Shown here: in pieces, positions 27,530-35,969 of the stretch
How the letters are laid out: each line of letters starts with the position of its first letter
Numbering within the stretch: the stretch's first letter is position 1
Assembly (NCBI GenBank): GCA_041402045.1
Contig: JAWKSZ010000029.1
Span: 270-64,269 of the forward strand
Reading direction: 5' to 3'
Length of the DNA stretch: 64,000 bases
Source: Planctomycetota bacterium
Lineage (GTDB): Bacteria; Planctomycetota; J058
Position numbers and translations under genes: made by a program
The notes under the pieces: model-generated
Told to the model about the DNA's origin: nothing
Seen by the model: the letters and a program-made list of their open reading frames with translations, nothing else
The model's database searches: none

Positions 27530-28140
27530 GCAAGCCCACGCTCGAGCTCGCCCTCGTCGACCTGAAGCCCGCGCTCGTCACGTGCTGGCGCCGCGACTTC
27601 GCAGGCGTGGCCGGAGTCGAGGCGGTCGAGGGCTCGATCTTCGACGTCGCCTGCGACGCGCTCGTGAGCCCAGCCAACAGCTTCGGGTTCATGGACGGGG
27701 GCCTTGACCTCGCGATCTCTCAGCACTTCGGTTGGCACGTGCAGGAGCGCCTGCAGGCGAGGATTCGCGCGCGGCACCACGGGGAGCTGCTCGTCGGCCA
27801 GGCGGACGCTGTACCGACCGACGACCCCGCGATTCCGCTCGTGATCGCTGCGCCGACCATGCGCGTGCCCATGCGGCTCGGAGCCAGCGCGAACCCCTAC
27901 CTCGCCCTGCGCGCGGTCTTGCTCTGGGTGCGGCACGCGCACCTCGACGACGGGCGCCCTGCGCGCGAGGTGGTGCGGAAGGTCGCGGTGCCTGGGCTCG
28001 GGACCGGGGTCGGTGGGGTGCCCTCGGGGGTGTGTTCGCGGCAAATGCGCGCGGCCTACGACCAGGTCGTGGCGGGGACGCCCGGGTTCCCTCGCTCGTG
28101 GAACGAGGCCTGCGCCCGGCACGAGGGGCTGCTGCGCTGA
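27526..28140 (+). CDS. Macro domain (ADP-ribose-binding/hydrolase) protein, probable CTG start
   Basis: GSIFDVACDALVSPANSFGFMDGGLDLAI, APTMRVP, PGLGTGVGG; CTG 27526 overlaps the upstream TGA. Confidence 0.85.
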   Translation: MSKPTLELALVDLKPALVTCWRRDFAGVAGVEAVEGSIFDVACDALVSPANSFGFMDGGLDLAISQHFGWHVQERLQARIRARHHGELLVGQADAVPTDDPAIPLVIAAPTMRVPMRLGASANPYLALRAVLLWVRHAHLDDGRPAREVVRKVAVPGLGTGVGGVPSGVCSRQMRAAYDQVVAGTPGFPRSWNEACARHEGLLR

Positions 28141-28145
28141 GGCGT

Positions 28146-28204
28146 CCCCGTGCGGGAACGTTCTCGTGCGGGAACGCAAGGCCGTTCTCGTGTGGGAACG
28201 CAGG
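28146..28204. repeat. Three short palindromic units between convergent genes
   Basis: CCCGTGCGGGAACG, GTTCTCG-TG-CGGGAAC, GTTCTCG-TG-TGGGAAC. Confidence 0.6.
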
Positions 28205-28234
28205 CGCGGGCGGCCGGGGGCGCGGCTTCCGCCC

Positions 28235-29080
28235 TCAGGGGTCGAGGAGGGTCAGCCGGCCCATGCGATCCTCGATCACGAGCGGGGGGGCTTCGGTCGT
28301 GGCGAAGTAGACCAGCACCGGCTCCCGCTCGCGGGAGGCAAAGAGCCAGCTCGCCGGGAGGGTCCCCTCCACGGGGATCCGCTCGAGGCCTCGTTGAGGG
28401 GTGTCCTCGCCCAGGCGGTAGAGGGCGGCGCAGGCCGCGGAGTTCGGTGAGCCCGGCTCCTGCCAGATCCGCAGCGTCCGCGGGACGGGGTCTGCGCGGT
28501 GGAGGAGCTGGTTGAGCCGCAGCCAGGTGCGGGTGTTTCGCCACAGGCGGCGCAAGGCGAACGCGCCCCAGCACACGCACCACGGGCCAACGAACCCGCA
28601 CAGGCCGGCGAGGAGGCCTGCCAGCGGGACGTCGCGGTGTGCCCCCTGGGCCAGGAGGAAGATCGTGGTCCCGATCATGAGGCTCCCCAGGCCGAGGCCC
28701 AGGCTCGTGATCAAGAGCGCGCCGAGCCAGGCGGAGGTCAGGTTCAGCAGGATCGAGGCGCGGGCGAGCAGGCCATGACGCTGACCGGGGTCGTTGCGGC
28801 GGCGGGCGGCCCAGGCGAGGTGCTCCTGCACCGGGGCGCGAGGGACCGCGGGGGCAGTCACGAGGCGCGCGCGCTCGAGGTCCGAGGGCGGGCGTTCGGG
28901 GTCCGGCGGCGCGGGGGGACGGCAGCCCGGCGTCGGACAGCCGCCGTGCTCGGCGAGGCACTCCCGGTGCAGCGAGGTCCCGCAGCCGACGCAGGTGATC
29001 GGAAGGAAGTCGAGGGCGGAGTGGCAGTAGACGCAGCGGCCCGGCGGTTTGCGGCTGCCGACGATCCGGACCTCGGCCAT
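28235..29080 (-). CDS. Membrane protein with N-terminal prokaryotic RING-finger-like domain
   Basis: CVYCH...CVGCGTSLHRECLAEHGGCPTPGC (Prok-RING_1-like), Pro linker, two TM helices, soluble C-terminal domain. Confidence 0.7.
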   Translation of the reverse strand: MAEVRIVGSRKPPGRCVYCHSALDFLPITCVGCGTSLHRECLAEHGGCPTPGCRPPAPPDPERPPSDLERARLVTAPAVPRAPVQEHLAWAARRRNDPGQRHGLLARASILLNLTSAWLGALLITSLGLGLGSLMIGTTIFLLAQGAHRDVPLAGLLAGLCGFVGPWCVCWGAFALRRLWRNTRTWLRLNQLLHRADPVPRTLRIWQEPGSPNSAACAALYRLGEDTPQRGLERIPVEGTLPASWLFASREREPVLVYFATTEAPPLVIEDRMGRLTLLDP

Positions 29081-29083
29081 GGC

Positions 29084-29773
29084 TCAGTCGCGGGTCTCGT
29101 CGTCGGTGGGCGCGGGGTAGGGCGTCGAGGCCGCGGCCTGGAGCTTCTTGACGATCGCGAGGGGGAAGGTGACCCGCTCCATGCGCTGGATCGTGTTCCC
29201 CAGGCCGAAGGTCTGGCCGTCGCCGGTGGTGAGCTGGACGTCCTTGACGCGGAACACGAGGGTCCCGATCGGGGCGCCGAAGGGGTCCTTGTGCACCCGG
29301 GGCAGGCCGTCGAAGGCGAAGTTCACCACGTAGCGGCCGGGGATCCCGCGGGCGGCGCGGCCGCGAACGACGAGGTAGCGCGTCCCCCAGTGGTGCTGCG
29401 CCTGCCAGAGCACGGTGCCCCCGATCACCCCCACCCCGGCGGCGGGGAGCCAGATCGCGGCGCCGTGGCCGCCCTCGATCAGGGAGGTGGCCAGGGCGTG
29501 CAGGGTGAGGCCCAGGAGCAGGGTCAGGCCGCGGCCGGCGAGCACGCTGCGGCCGAGGGTGTGGGTCATGCCCCACAGGCCGGCCACGAGCAGGGCGTGG
29601 CGCAGGGCCGCTTGGGGCGGGCCCTCGCCCAGGGCGAGCAGGAGCGCGCCGTAGGTCAGGAGCACCGCGATCGCGGTGAGTCCGCCGGCGCGGTAGTCGC
29701 CCGAGCTGGGGCCCACGAACGGGCGCCCTTCCCAGAGGACTTCGCCTTGCGGCCAGCCGGCGGGGCTGCTCAT
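29084..29773 (-). CDS. Hypothetical multi-pass membrane protein
   Basis: GC3-biased frame, about 4 hydrophobic segments, coupled to mnmA (ATGA overlap). Confidence 0.7.
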   Translation of the reverse strand: MSSPAGWPQGEVLWEGRPFVGPSSGDYRAGGLTAIAVLLTYGALLLALGEGPPQAALRHALLVAGLWGMTHTLGRSVLAGRGLTLLLGLTLHALATSLIEGGHGAAIWLPAAGVGVIGGTVLWQAQHHWGTRYLVVRGRAARGIPGRYVVNFAFDGLPRVHKDPFGAPIGTLVFRVKDVQLTTGDGQTFGLGNTIQRMERVTFPLAIVKKLQAAASTPYPAPTDDETRD

Positions 29774-30867
29774 GAGGTGCCTTCCACGCGATCGATCCAG
29801 GCGCTCGCCAGGACGTAGCGGTCGGCGGGATCGTAAACCACGATGGCCTGGCCGGAAACGACGGCCTCCACCGGGGCCTCGAAGCGGAACGCGAGGCGCC
29901 CGTCGGGGCGGGCCTCCAGGGTGCCGGGGTGCGTCTGGCCGTGGGCGCGGATCTGCGCGCGGCCGGGGCAGGACTCCCCGGGGGTCAGCGCGAGGGCGAG
30001 CCAGGTCGCGTCCTCGGCCTCGAGGGCCACACAGCCGAGGTCCTGCTTGGGGCCGACGACGACCAGCCGCCGGGCCGGGTCGGTGCGCTGCACGTAGAGC
30101 GGGTGGGTGGCCGCGACCCCGATCCCCTTGCGTTGGCCGACGGTGAAGCCGGCGGTGCCCGCGTGGCGGCCGAGCTCCTGGCCCGCGGCGTCCACGATCG
30201 GCCCCGGCTGCAGCGCGGGGGCGTCGGGGGACAGGCGCTGGCGGAGGAAGTCGCGGTAGTCGCCCTGGACGAAGCAGATCTCCTGGGAGTCGGCCTTGCC
30301 CGCGACGCGGTAGAGCCCGCGGCGGGCGGCCTCGTCGCGCACCTGCTCCTTGCTCAGCTCGCCGAGGGGCAGCTCGAGGGCCGCGAGCTGGGTCTGCTCG
30401 AGGACCGCGAGCACGTAGGACTGATCCTTGTGGCGGTCCACCGGACGGGCGAGGGTCCAGCGCTCGCCCCGCCGCTCGACCCGGGCGTAGTGCCCGCTGG
30501 CGATCCGGGTCGCGCCGACGTCGCGGGCGAAGCGCAGCACGTGGCCGAACTTCAGCCAGCGGTTGCAGAGCACGCAGGGGTTCGGCGTGCGCCCGCGGGC
30601 GTAGTCCTGGGCGAAGCGGTCCATGATCCGCCCGAACTCGTCCTCCATGTTCAGCGCGTAGAAGGGGATCCCGAGCTGGTCGGCGACCCGGCGCGCGTCG
30701 ACGGCGTCCTCGACGCTGCAGCAGCCCTGCTGCTCGCCCTGGGCGTGCTCCGACGCGCCCGAGCGCATGAACACACCGACCACCTCGTGCCCCGCGTCCA
30801 CGAGGCGTGCCGCGGCGACGCTGGAGTCGACCCCTCCGGACATGCAGGCCACGACGCGCTCACCCAT
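29770..30867 (-). CDS. mnmA: tRNA-specific 2-thiouridylase MnmA
   Basis: MSGGVDSSVAA, TPNPCVLCN, ASGHYAR, KDQSY, DSQEICF, FTVGQRKG, GQAIVVY. Confidence 0.97.
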   Translation of the reverse strand: MGERVVACMSGGVDSSVAAARLVDAGHEVVGVFMRSGASEHAQGEQQGCCSVEDAVDARRVADQLGIPFYALNMEDEFGRIMDRFAQDYARGRTPNPCVLCNRWLKFGHVLRFARDVGATRIASGHYARVERRGERWTLARPVDRHKDQSYVLAVLEQTQLAALELPLGELSKEQVRDEAARRGLYRVAGKADSQEICFVQGDYRDFLRQRLSPDAPALQPGPIVDAAGQELGRHAGTAGFTVGQRKGIGVAATHPLYVQRTDPARRLVVVGPKQDLGCVALEAEDATWLALALTPGESCPGRAQIRAHGQTHPGTLEARPDGRLAFRFEAPVEAVVSGQAIVVYDPADRYVLASAWIDRVEGTS

Positions 30868-30901
30868 GCTGCGAGGGTAGCACCGGCGCGCGGGACCGGG
30901 A

Positions 30902-33493
30902 TCAGTCGGTTCGGCGCTCGAGGTCGCCCGCCAGGGTGCGGCAGGACTGGAGCAGGTCCACGGGGCCGTCGCTGCCGGCGATCGCCTCGTCCAGGTAGCG
31001 CCGCACCACCTCCAGGGGGTAGGGGCAGCGCGCGGGCTCGGCGCGACAGAGCGCGCCGGCGGCGTAGGCCAGCTTGAGCTTGTCGGACGGCCCGCGGAAG
31101 CCGCGGGGGAACTCGTCGGTCGGGAGCGTGGCCGCGACGAGCCTCCAGCCCGCGGGGAAGACCTCGGCCTCCCGGGTGAGGTCGAAGGCCAGGAGCGCGA
31201 TCGCGGTCGGGTCGTCGCCAGCCTCCCTCAGCGCCAGAGTTCGGACGGCGAGGCGGTGGTAGCCCTGGATCTCGGGGACCGCGGGGCGGGTGCCCAGGTG
31301 CGCCACGTCCGACCACGCGTGCTGGGTCCCCGCCCGGAGCAGGCACGCCAGCGCGCAGCGGGCGAGGGCTTCGCGCTGGCTGTCGTGGATCATCGCGCTC
31401 GCCAGGTCGCCCCTGGCCGGGGAGCCGAGGTTCGTGAGTCGTTGGCTGAACTCCTGGCCTATGCAGTGCAGGAACCCCGACGACCCCTCTGGCGCGACCA
31501 TGGCCGCCTTGGCCCACACGGGGTCCCTGCGCAGCGCGTCCCACGCCGCCTCGGACAGCACCTCCTTGCCCTCGAGCAGCGCGGCGCCTACCTGCTGCCG
31601 CAGCTCCGCGCGCTGCAGGACGAGGAACGTCTGCACGTCGCTCGGAGGACGCCCCCACTCCAGCCGCAGGGCGGCCTCGCACAGGGCCAGGCGCACGACG
31701 GGGGGGATCGCGTCGGCGTCCGCGCCGAGCTCCCTCCACAGCCGCACGCTCTTGTCCACGTGATCCGACGACGCCTCGGCGATCCCCGCGCAGTAGAGCC
31801 GCAGCGCCTGCTTGCGGTCCCGGGGGAGGGACCCCTCCCCGGCCTCGTAGCGGTTGCCCAGGACGTAGGCGCAGGGGATGTCGCCGCGGGCGTGGCCCTC
31901 GCGGAGCAGGGCCGCCGCCAGGCGGTCGAGGTCGTAGGGCTGCGGGAGGCCCAGGTCGCGCAGCGGGTTCGAGCCCTGCACGAACTCGGCGAACTCCCTC
32001 CAGGCGCTGGGCTCGGCCTCGGCCAGGCGCAGGTAGGCCTGGGCCACGTCCAGCCAGCTCGTCGCTCCTCGCTCGAAGGAGCGCTTCTTGGCGCTCACGC
32101 CGCTGCGCAGGGACTTCGTCGCGATCGACCCTCCCTTGACCGTCTCCAGGCCCAGGGTCTCGAAGTCGGTCTCCGTCTGCGGCTCGTGCGCCCGCAGGAG
32201 CTCCAGGAGCGTGGGCAGGTCCAGCTCCTGCTCGCCCGAGTCCACGACCGCGGCGGTCGGCTCCGGGGTGTCCGCGACGGGCGCCGGGACCTGCGGCGGG
32301 GGAGCGGCGCGGGCGAAGACCCACGCCACCAGGAGCAGGGTCAGCCCACCGGCCAGACCCAGGCCGGCGAGCGCCCCGCGCCGCGCGGCGCGGGGCGCGG
32401 GGGCGGCGCCGAGCAGCGCCGCGCGCAGGGCGCGGGCGCTGGGGAAGCGGTCGTCCTGGCGCTTGGCCAGGGCCTTTAGGCAGATCCGCTCCAGGTCCTT
32501 GTCGACGTCGGGCACGAGGCTCGAGGGCGCGGGGGGCGCCTGGGTCATGACCTGCTGCAGCACGGTGATCGGGGTTCGGCCCTGGAACGGCGCGCGGCCG
32601 GTGAGCACGTGGTAGAGCACCGCGCCGAGGCCGTAGACGTCGGTGCGCTCGTCGACGGGCTCGCCGATCGCCTGCTCGGGCGCCATGTAGGCCGGGGTGC
32701 CCAGGATCTCGCCCGTGACCGAGAGCGAGGTCCGGGCCGCGCCGCGCACGAGGCCGAAGTCGCTGAGCAGGGGGCGGCCGTCGTCGGCGAACAGCACGTT
32801 CTGGGGCTTGAGGTCGCGGTGCATGAGCCCCAGGGCGTGGACGTGCGCCAGGCCCGCGGCCAGGTCGGCGAGCAAGCGGCGCGCGTCGGCGGGCGGGAGC
32901 GGGCCGGCCTTGAGCCGCTGGTGCAGGTCCTCGGGTTGGGCGAGGTCCATGACCAGGAACACGCGCTGGTCGTGCTGGCCGACGTCGTGGATCCGGATCA
33001 CGTTGGGGTGGCCGTCGAGCCGCGCGAGGGCCTGGGCCTCGCGCAGGAAGCGCGCGCGCTCCATGGGCTCGGCGAAGGGGAGCAGGGTCTTGAGCGCGCG
33101 CGGCGCTCCGGTCGGCAGGTGGGTCACCCGCCACACCTCGCCCGCGCCGCCGCGGCCGAGGCGCGCCTCGAGGCGGTAGGCGCCGACGACCGAGCCCTGA
33201 GTCCAGGCGAGGGGCCCCCGGGTCAGCGCCTGGGCGTGGGCGAGGGGCACGCTGTCGTAGCCCGAGGGCGCGACGGCGCCGAAGCCCGAGGGCGCCACCG
33301 CGCCGAAGCCCGAGGGGGCGACGGAGCCCACCGCCGAGGAGCTCCCCGACGGCGGGGGAGGGGGCGCGCTGCCCGGCGGCGCGCGCCGCGTCTCCGCGAG
33401 GTAGAGCTCGGCCTGCTCGGGCGTCAGTTGGCCGGACTGGACCAGGGAGTGGACCAGGCGCGCGGGGTCGGAGCTCGGCTCGGAGGAGGACAC
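30902..33493 (-). CDS. Hanks-type Ser/Thr kinase with TM and Sel1-like C-terminal region
   Basis: GTG 33493; LGRGGAGEV, ALK, HRDLKPQN, DFG, GTPAYMAPE; TM; YVLGNRYEAGEG...DRKQALRLY; AVAPSG[F/Y] x3 repeat near the N-terminus. Confidence 0.9.
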   Translation of the reverse strand: MSSSEPSSDPARLVHSLVQSGQLTPEQAELYLAETRRAPPGSAPPPPPSGSSSAVGSVAPSGFGAVAPSGFGAVAPSGYDSVPLAHAQALTRGPLAWTQGSVVGAYRLEARLGRGGAGEVWRVTHLPTGAPRALKTLLPFAEPMERARFLREAQALARLDGHPNVIRIHDVGQHDQRVFLVMDLAQPEDLHQRLKAGPLPPADARRLLADLAAGLAHVHALGLMHRDLKPQNVLFADDGRPLLSDFGLVRGAARTSLSVTGEILGTPAYMAPEQAIGEPVDERTDVYGLGAVLYHVLTGRAPFQGRTPITVLQQVMTQAPPAPSSLVPDVDKDLERICLKALAKRQDDRFPSARALRAALLGAAPAPRAARRGALAGLGLAGGLTLLLVAWVFARAAPPPQVPAPVADTPEPTAAVVDSGEQELDLPTLLELLRAHEPQTETDFETLGLETVKGGSIATKSLRSGVSAKKRSFERGATSWLDVAQAYLRLAEAEPSAWREFAEFVQGSNPLRDLGLPQPYDLDRLAAALLREGHARGDIPCAYVLGNRYEAGEGSLPRDRKQALRLYCAGIAEASSDHVDKSVRLWRELGADADAIPPVVRLALCEAALRLEWGRPPSDVQTFLVLQRAELRQQVGAALLEGKEVLSEAAWDALRRDPVWAKAAMVAPEGSSGFLHCIGQEFSQRLTNLGSPARGDLASAMIHDSQREALARCALACLLRAGTQHAWSDVAHLGTRPAVPEIQGYHRLAVRTLALREAGDDPTAIALLAFDLTREAEVFPAGWRLVAATLPTDEFPRGFRGPSDKLKLAYAAGALCRAEPARCPYPLEVVRRYLDEAIAGSDGPVDLLQSCRTLAGDLERRTD

Positions 33494-33552
33494 GTGCCCC
33501 GATGGTAGCGAACCGCACCCCTGCGGCGCGACGGGCCGCGAACCAGGCGTGC

Positions 33553-35928
33553 TCAGCGGGGGGGCTCGAGGCTCCGCAGGAGCTCTTCGAGCCTCTTGCG
33601 GGGGCCAGCCTCGCACTCCGAGTGCCCGAGGGCGCGCTCCAGCAAGGCCCGCGTCTGCGCGCGGTCGAAGGGAGAGCCGACCGTGTGGGGGAAATACAGG
33701 TGCAGCCGGGCGCTGACCTCCGCCACCTGGGACAGTACGCGGAAGTTCTTGATCGGCGCTGGGTCCACCGGCTCGAGCATGCGTCGCGCGCGCACCGGGT
33801 CGCAGGGGACACCCGGCAGGTGCTGCTCGTCCCAGTTGAGCGCGTCGGAGGCCAGCTGCGCGCTGGCGCGTTCGTCGCCGTCGCGGGTGTGACCACGCTC
33901 GAGGCAGGCCGTCTCCCCCGGGGCGTCCTGACCCAGCGCCCAGGGGGCGGAGATCCGATTCGCGAGGTGGAGGATGAGGTGCAGGTCGAAGCTCGAGGCG
34001 CGGGCGCCGCGGTCGCTGGCGAGGCAGAGCAGCGTGGCGGACAGGCGCAGGGTCGCCGCGGGGTCCTCGTCGCACGCGCCCGCGCGGACGTGCGCCGCGA
34101 GGGCGCTGCCGGCGCCGTAGACCGCGGTGGCGTTGGACTGGGCGAGGTCCTCGGGGGTCAGGTAGCGCACGAGCTCGCGGTGCACCGGGTCGAGCACGAT
34201 CTCGGGGTCGATCGGGCTCGCCGCGAGGGCTGCGAGCTGGGCTTCTCCCTCGGCCTGGCGCAGCTCTGCCCAGTAGGCGAGGAGCCAGGACTGCTCGCGG
34301 GCGTTGAGCGGCTCCCAGAGCTCCGGCTCGAACAGCGCCAGCAGGTGCTCGACCTGCACGCTTCGCGGCGGCGCCGTGGCGGGGGCCATGCGCGCCAGCC
34401 TCAGGATCACGACCCGCGTGCGGCGGTCGGCCGCGAGGTAGCCGGTCGAGGGGCGCGGGGCGTCGGCGCAGCCCGCGTAGAGCGCCTGGGCTCGGGACGC
34501 GTCCCGGGTGAAGCCGAAGCTGCCGTTGGCCATGGCCTCCGCCACCCACAGGGTCGCGACCAGGCAGCCGGCCTCGGCGCTCTGGAATCCGAGGTGGCGG
34601 GCCATGGCCTCGCGCTGGCTCGCGTCTGGCCACAGCGCCTCCGCCTCGGGGTGCACGAGGAGCTTGCCGAGGTAGCCCGCCGCGCGGAAGTCGCCGGCCT
34701 CCATGGCCGCCTGCAGCAGCCGGGCGATCTCCGGCGCCGGGGCGAGGAGCCGCCCTTCGGCGCGGTCCATTTCGCGCACGGCGCGGATCCGGTAGGCGGC
34801 CGCGTCGCGCACGTAGTGCGAGACGCGATCCTCGGGCGGGGTGTCGGCCAGGACCAGCTCGAGGTCAGGGAGGCGGGCGTAGAGCTGCTCGAGCTGGGCC
34901 TCGACCTGGGAGGCTGGATCCGCGGCGGGCGGGGGCGCGGGCAGGGGCGACGGGGCCTCGGCGCCGAGCGAATCGGACTCGGGCGGCGTCGTCGAGCTCG
35001 CGGCGACCAGGAGGTAGGCGCCCAGGCAGGCGCTCGCGACGGCGCCAGCGCTCGCCAGCAGCAGGGGCCAGCGGCGGCGCCCCGCGGGGCTCGGCGCGCG
35101 ACGCCCGAGGAGCGCGTCGCGCAGCTCGTCGGTGTCGCGGAAGCGCGCGGCGGGGTCCTTGGCGAGGGCCTTGAGGCAGATCAGCTCCAGGTCCCTGGGC
35201 ACCGCCAGGCCGGCCTCGGACGGCGGGCGCGGGGCGTCTTCGAGCACCTGGCGCATGCTCTCGATCAAGGAGTTGCCTTGGAAGGGCGGGCGGCCGGTGA
35301 GCGCGTGGTAGAGCACGGCTCCCAGGCCGTAGACGTCGGTGCGCGCGTCGACCTCGCCGCCCAGGGCCTGCTCCGGGGCCATGTAGGCCGGGGTGCCGAT
35401 CACGTCGGCGCTCTGGGTCAGGGAGCTGCGGCGCACGCCGCGCACGAGGCCGAAGTCGGCGAGCAGCGGGCGGCCGTGCTCGTCGAAGAGCACGTTCTGC
35501 GGCTTGAGGTCGCGGTGGAACAGGCCCCGCGCGTGGACGAAGCCCAGGGCGTCGGCGAGGGTCGCGATCAGGCTCCGGGCCTGCTCCGGCTCGAGGGGGC
35601 CCCGCTTCAGGCGCTCGAGCAGGTCCCCGCCGGGGGCGTAGTCGAGCACGAGGTAGCCGCGGCCGTGGGCCTGGCCCGAGCTGTGCACGCGCAGCAGGTT
35701 CGGGTGCCCCTCCAGCGCAGCCAGCGCGCGGCCCTCGCGCGCGAGGCGCTCCTGGTCGACGGGGGTCGCGCCGGGGAGCAGGGTCTTGATCACCCGCAGC
35801 GAGCCGGTGGCGAGCTGGACCGCGCCCCACACCTCGCCCATGCCGCCCCCGCCCAGGCGACGCTCGAGGCGGTAGCCGTCGATCACGCTGCCGGAGGTCC
35901 AGCCCTGTGCAGGAGGGGGTGCGGGCAT
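33553..35928 (-). CDS. Hanks-type Ser/Thr kinase with TM and Sel1-like C-terminal region (tandem paralog)
   Basis: LGGGGMGEV, VIK, HRDLKPQN, DFG, GTPAYMAPE; TM; GSFGFTRDASRAQALY. Confidence 0.92.
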   Translation of the reverse strand: MPAPPPAQGWTSGSVIDGYRLERRLGGGGMGEVWGAVQLATGSLRVIKTLLPGATPVDQERLAREGRALAALEGHPNLLRVHSSGQAHGRGYLVLDYAPGGDLLERLKRGPLEPEQARSLIATLADALGFVHARGLFHRDLKPQNVLFDEHGRPLLADFGLVRGVRRSSLTQSADVIGTPAYMAPEQALGGEVDARTDVYGLGAVLYHALTGRPPFQGNSLIESMRQVLEDAPRPPSEAGLAVPRDLELICLKALAKDPAARFRDTDELRDALLGRRAPSPAGRRRWPLLLASAGAVASACLGAYLLVAASSTTPPESDSLGAEAPSPLPAPPPAADPASQVEAQLEQLYARLPDLELVLADTPPEDRVSHYVRDAAAYRIRAVREMDRAEGRLLAPAPEIARLLQAAMEAGDFRAAGYLGKLLVHPEAEALWPDASQREAMARHLGFQSAEAGCLVATLWVAEAMANGSFGFTRDASRAQALYAGCADAPRPSTGYLAADRRTRVVILRLARMAPATAPPRSVQVEHLLALFEPELWEPLNAREQSWLLAYWAELRQAEGEAQLAALAASPIDPEIVLDPVHRELVRYLTPEDLAQSNATAVYGAGSALAAHVRAGACDEDPAATLRLSATLLCLASDRGARASSFDLHLILHLANRISAPWALGQDAPGETACLERGHTRDGDERASAQLASDALNWDEQHLPGVPCDPVRARRMLEPVDPAPIKNFRVLSQVAEVSARLHLYFPHTVGSPFDRAQTRALLERALGHSECEAGPRKRLEELLRSLEPPR

Positions 35929-35969
35929 GGCCCAAATCTAGCCCAGGAACGGCGGGCGCGCCTGGCTGG

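Noticed and set aside
30902-35928. Single fused double-kinase protein (ORF 30902..34633)
   Set aside because: The upstream part is off-frame of the second kinase; the first kinase has its own -10 element and GTG at 33493.
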